In this document: positions 60,183-64,000 of the stretch, in pieces
Numbering within the stretch: position 1 is the first letter of the stretch
Layout of the letters: each line of letters starts with the position of its first letter
From: a virus
Strand: one strand, 5' to 3'
DNA: 64,000 nucleotides
Virus record (IMG/VR): IMGVR_UViG_3300043410_001256
Coordinates: 30,880 to 94,879 of that record
Notes under the pieces: generated by a model
Databases searched by the model: none
Seen by the model: the letters and a program-made list of their open reading frames with translations, nothing else
Told to the model about the DNA's origin: nothing
Program-made: the position numbers and the translations under genes

Positions 60183-61386
60183 AACCATATGCATGTTGCC
60201 TTGGATCAGCATTGAAGCCAGTCCAATTGGAACAATACGTCCGTGCTGTCTTGCACAGGATGAAATCGTTGATGATGATGGTACTAGGTACGACCTGCTG
60301 ACCTCCACACTGGAAGATGCTTACAACAGTCAGTACATGCAAAACCTACGCAAACAGTTTCTCGCAGGAGAACAACCTGCTACTTGCAGTAGATGCTGGA
60401 CCGAGGAACGTGCAGGCAAAGACAGCAAACGCATTCACAGTCAGCGTAGACTGCACCACTTAGAAAGCAAGATTGATTGGTACAATGAAAAACCCAATCA
60501 ACTATGGTTCTTGGATCTCAAGCTGGGCAACATCTGTAATCTAAAATGTCGTATATGCGGCAGTTGGAGCAGTAGTAAATGGGCTGAAGAAGATATGAAA
60601 ACTTCAGCTCACGGAGACAAGAAACAGCACAGCGCATATCGTTGGCTCAAACAAGGTGCATGGCCACGCACCACACTGACATTTTGGGATAACTTAAAAA
60701 GTCTATTGCCCAACATCAAGTATATAGAATTCACAGGCGGTGAGCCCTGGCTCATACAAGAGCATTGGGAGTTGCTGAAGTTTGCAGTTGAAGAAGGTCA
60801 CAGCAATCACATAGACATACACTACAACACCAATGCTACGGTAGAGCTAGGTGAGCACACACTGGTATGGAATCATTTTGGTCGTGTGGATATTGCTTTC
60901 AGTATAGACAACGTGCATGATCGTTTTGAAGTTGAAAGATACGGTGCCAAGTGGAGTCTAGCAAACAAGATCATTGACGATGTGCATTCTGCTAAACAGT
61001 CTCATGCACCCAACATTACCACGCAACTGTGTTTTACTATCAACATTCAAAATGTTTACTATATAGATGAGCTACTGACCTGGGCAGATACCAAACCCTT
61101 TGGCAGTATCTATTTTAACATGTTGCACAGTCCAGACCATATGAACATTCAGTACATGACACCCAATGCAAAAGCACTGGTGCTGGATAAACTAAAGTCT
61201 GTTGACTGGAGAACTAACTTTTATAAAAATGAAATACAAAACGTGATTAATTTTATAGAACAAGGTCCTGGCAGTGATGGACAAGAGTTTGTGTCACGTA
61301 TGAAAAAAATGGATGCATACAGAAAACAGAACTTTGTAGATACACATCCAGAAATAGCCAAGGCAATGGGTTATGGACAAGCCTAA
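60169..61386 (+). CDS. Radical SAM enzyme 4 with N-terminal twitch domain
   Basis: CMLPW...RPCC...TCSRCW; CNLKCRIC; TGGEP. Confidence 0.92.
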   Translation: MTLPKTICMLPWISIEASPIGTIRPCCLAQDEIVDDDGTRYDLLTSTLEDAYNSQYMQNLRKQFLAGEQPATCSRCWTEERAGKDSKRIHSQRRLHHLESKIDWYNEKPNQLWFLDLKLGNICNLKCRICGSWSSSKWAEEDMKTSAHGDKKQHSAYRWLKQGAWPRTTLTFWDNLKSLLPNIKYIEFTGGEPWLIQEHWELLKFAVEEGHSNHIDIHYNTNATVELGEHTLVWNHFGRVDIAFSIDNVHDRFEVERYGAKWSLANKIIDDVHSAKQSHAPNITTQLCFTINIQNVYYIDELLTWADTKPFGSIYFNMLHSPDHMNIQYMTPNAKALVLDKLKSVDWRTNFYKNEIQNVINFIEQGPGSDGQEFVSRMKKMDAYRKQNFVDTHPEIAKAMGYGQA

Positions 61387-62668
61387 GAATCTTTGCATGG
61401 CACCATGGGTACACACATACCTAAGTCCTCAGACTGAACGTAGAATGTGTTGTGCAAGTCGCGAACCTGCACAGAACTTTCAACAGTATATTGACACCAG
61501 TGCCGGCACTGGCCGATACATACCTATCACACTGGACGAACACTGGAACGGTGAGCACATGCAATCCGTTAGACGTAGAATGATGGCCGGCGAAACACTA
61601 CCAGAGTGCGAAGTATGCAATGACAAACTGTTGAATACATCTGTGTATAGAGATTACTTTAATCAATTGTTTAGTCACAAATGGGATGAAGTAATTGAAT
61701 CCACCGCCGCAGACGGCACAACAACCATGTTGCCTGTAAGCTGGGACTATCGTTTTAGTAACCTTTGCAATTTCAAATGTCGCATGTGTGGCGACATGTT
61801 GAGCAGTGCCTGGGAAAGTGAACAGCGCCAGCACAACATGATTGATCATACTAATCCTAAAAATGCATGGATGCAACCAGCAGTGAGAAAAGAAATATCA
61901 CAGTTTCAAGATACCATTGTTGAACAAGAATTTGCACGTGCAGTTGAAGAACATCGTGTAGAAGAAGTCTATTGGGTTGGTGGCGAACCATTGATGTACG
62001 AACAACATTGGAAATACATGCGCCGTATCATTGAACTAGGAGATGGACACAAAGTTTATGCTAGATATAATACTAATCTTAGCCGTGTTTCTTATCACGG
62101 TTGGAATCTCTATAAAGATATTTTGTCTGGGTTACGAGATTGGCAGATATGTGCGAGTATCGACGGAACCGGCGCCATTGGCGAATACATCCGCACAGGA
62201 TTAAACTACGAACAATGGTTAGACAACTTCAAACAAGGACTGGAAATAAAACAGCACCGCAGACAAATGAGATTGGATTTTACTCTTACTTTGCCTGGCA
62301 TGTTTGAAGTAGAAAATATACAACGTCTAGCACGAGAACTAGACGTAGATGTTTTAGCAAAGGTTGTGTTTAGTTTTAGCCCGGACATTGTTATGTCACC
62401 GCTGGCACTACCCAGACATCTATTGGATGAATGGGTAGATGAAATCTTGCACGTCATTGATAAAGGCGCACTACGTGACACGATGGTCCAGTTAAAAACT
62501 AGACCAACCTTTGCTGAACAATGGCCTGACTCATACAACGAAGCCATTGTAAAAGGAAAACAACGTATGTTACAATTAGAAAGCATACGCACACAGCCAA
62601 TCACAATGGACAAGATATTAGAGCAAAGACCAGAAGTACACAAATGGTGGAGAAGCATTGATGCATGA
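61373..62668 (+). CDS. Radical SAM enzyme 5 with N-terminal twitch domain
   Basis: CMAPW...RMCC...ECEVCN; CNFKCRMC; VGGEP. Confidence 0.92.
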   Translation: MDKPKNLCMAPWVHTYLSPQTERRMCCASREPAQNFQQYIDTSAGTGRYIPITLDEHWNGEHMQSVRRRMMAGETLPECEVCNDKLLNTSVYRDYFNQLFSHKWDEVIESTAADGTTTMLPVSWDYRFSNLCNFKCRMCGDMLSSAWESEQRQHNMIDHTNPKNAWMQPAVRKEISQFQDTIVEQEFARAVEEHRVEEVYWVGGEPLMYEQHWKYMRRIIELGDGHKVYARYNTNLSRVSYHGWNLYKDILSGLRDWQICASIDGTGAIGEYIRTGLNYEQWLDNFKQGLEIKQHRRQMRLDFTLTLPGMFEVENIQRLARELDVDVLAKVVFSFSPDIVMSPLALPRHLLDEWVDEILHVIDKGALRDTMVQLKTRPTFAEQWPDSYNEAIVKGKQRMLQLESIRTQPITMDKILEQRPEVHKWWRSIDA

Positions 62669-63725
62669 TGTTAGAATAGTTTTAAGTAGCGACACCGGCA
62701 CCATTGACTACACCATAAAAGCGCATGACAATCAGCTTGCACGTGACTGGCTGGTTGCATTAGAAAACATACTCAAAGCTGGGCTCACGCTTAACAAGAA
62801 CTTTTGTTTCTTGGGTTTTCCCAACACACCAAGAGACCTAGACTTTTTGTGTAATAAACTAAACCATGCCATTAGAGAAATAAACCTACACGACTGGCAA
62901 CAATACGGACTAGAACCTTATGTGATTGAAGAACACTTTGTTCCAGACGCAGTAAGATTTGGACCTGAGTACCCAAAGCCTCCGGGCATGAGTGACAGCA
63001 GTTTGTTTTTAAGCGTCAAGCACGATATACTGAATCGCATACACAATCACTTTGAAAGGCTGCAGGGCACAGTTGAAAATGAAAGTGCATATCACAAACA
63101 CGCTCCTTTCAATGTACGCAGAGCCATTGGACATCTTAACACAGTATGTCATGAGATTGAAAGTTTAATACTAAGCTATAGAAAACACGTGCTATTGCCT
63201 GAATGGACACGCCCAAGTCAGATTACAACATTTCACAGCGCACCTCGTTATGAACTAACATCACAGCACAAGCAGTTGTTCAAACAGAATGCGTACAATA
63301 AAAGATTCGGCGAAGTCTACATGCACTGGGCACAAATAGGCAAAACTCTGTTTGAAGTGTTTCGCGACGAACACGCACCCAAGCTGGATACTGCCACCTG
63401 CGAAGCTATTACACATCTCAAATACTACAGTGGCGAGTTTGATATTGAATGGGGACGAGATCTACTTGAAGGACAGTTTCCCTGGCATGACAAACAGATG
63501 CAGGATTTCCGTCAATGGTTGGCTGATAACCAGTTTGATATCAATGACGAAAATCTATGTTTAGGTTACGCACCAATTGGACAAGTGGAAATATTAAAAT
63601 CCTTTGGCACAGAAAATCCTGCAGAAGTCTGGCGAATACTGGAACAGCACCTAAACATTCAATCAATTGAATGCGGTAGCACAAAGATCGACTACAACTA
63701 TACCTGGAGAGATCAAGATGTATGA
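62661..63725 (+). CDS. Hypothetical protein with His/Glu helical motifs (possible metalloenzyme)
   Basis: LNRIHNHFE, LNTVCHEIE, YMHWAQIGKTLFEVFRDE; GGAG SD before ATG 62661. Confidence 0.7.
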   Translation: MHDVRIVLSSDTGTIDYTIKAHDNQLARDWLVALENILKAGLTLNKNFCFLGFPNTPRDLDFLCNKLNHAIREINLHDWQQYGLEPYVIEEHFVPDAVRFGPEYPKPPGMSDSSLFLSVKHDILNRIHNHFERLQGTVENESAYHKHAPFNVRRAIGHLNTVCHEIESLILSYRKHVLLPEWTRPSQITTFHSAPRYELTSQHKQLFKQNAYNKRFGEVYMHWAQIGKTLFEVFRDEHAPKLDTATCEAITHLKYYSGEFDIEWGRDLLEGQFPWHDKQMQDFRQWLADNQFDINDENLCLGYAPIGQVEILKSFGTENPAEVWRILEQHLNIQSIECGSTKIDYNYTWRDQDV

Positions 63726-64000
63726 TATGTGTATAGTATCTCTTGGCAGTGACGAACATCTTGTAGAGCAGTTGAATACACAGTATCCTCATGCTCGCAC
63801 AACTCGTTTCTATAGAAGCATGTTTTCCACAGTGATACGTTGTATTGAATACGCACGTACCAGTCATGTATGGATTGTGTTGTCCTGTAGCGATTGTAAA
63901 AACTTTGACTTTAACTATGTGCCTGCCCCTTGGGAAGAAAACCAAATACACGTATGGGCGGCAGGAACTCAAAAGTACGGAGACATACTGCTGGTGCCCA
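63718..64000 (+). CDS. Partial CDS, degenerate GT-A-like domain related to 55293..56207
   Basis: Not in ORF track; manual translation MYDMCIVSLG...ARTSHVWIVLSCSDCKNFDFNYVPAPWEENQIHVW...KYGDILLVP, open to window end; GGAG SD; overlaps previous stop. Confidence 0.65.
   Translation, partial: MYDMCIVSLGSDEHLVEQLNTQYPHARTTRFYRSMFSTVIRCIEYARTSHVWIVLSCSDCKNFDFNYVPAPWEENQIHVWAAGTQKYGDILLVP

Noticed and set aside
56200-62668. Radical SAMs as RiPP maturases, anaerobic RNR activase, QueE or viperin
   Set aside because: No precursor peptide or RRE domain, nrdD or que genes in the window; reversed domain order and motifs do not fit those families, though protein substrates remain possible
1-64000. Stop-codon reassignment as seen in some large phages
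   Set aside because: Full-length genes under the standard code; TAA, TAG and TGA all end genes

Overview
64 kb segment of a large T4-superfamily-like (myovirus, probably jumbo) dsDNA phage, standard genetic code, almost fully coding. Left arm (- strand): head genes (gp23 capsid, partial; gp22; gp21; an acidic core protein; gp20 portal) and a tape-measure-like gene. A divergent gp26-like chaperone has a probable -1 programmed frameshift. Next come a ~425-bp highly structured non-coding element and a - strand block: gp55-like late sigma, gp47, radical SAM, gp46, radical SAM, Holliday junction resolvase. Right arm (+ strand): baseplate genes (tube initiator, gp53, hub, gp5 with a lysozyme-like tail, gp25, gp6), one 6086-aa virion protein and fibre genes. 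These are followed by a tightly overlapping operon with two small proteins, three or four glycosyltransferase-like genes, five tandem N-terminal-twitch radical SAM enzymes and a His/Glu-rich protein. Best candidates for new biology: (1) this apparently late-expressed GT plus radical SAM operon as a virion-decorating pathway; (2) the structured non-coding element (ncRNA and/or origin); (3) radical SAM genes interleaved in the gp47/gp46 operon; (4) the chaperone frameshift; (5) an overlapping sigma70/late promoter switch at the gp55 gene. All calls come from motif reading; no searches were run.
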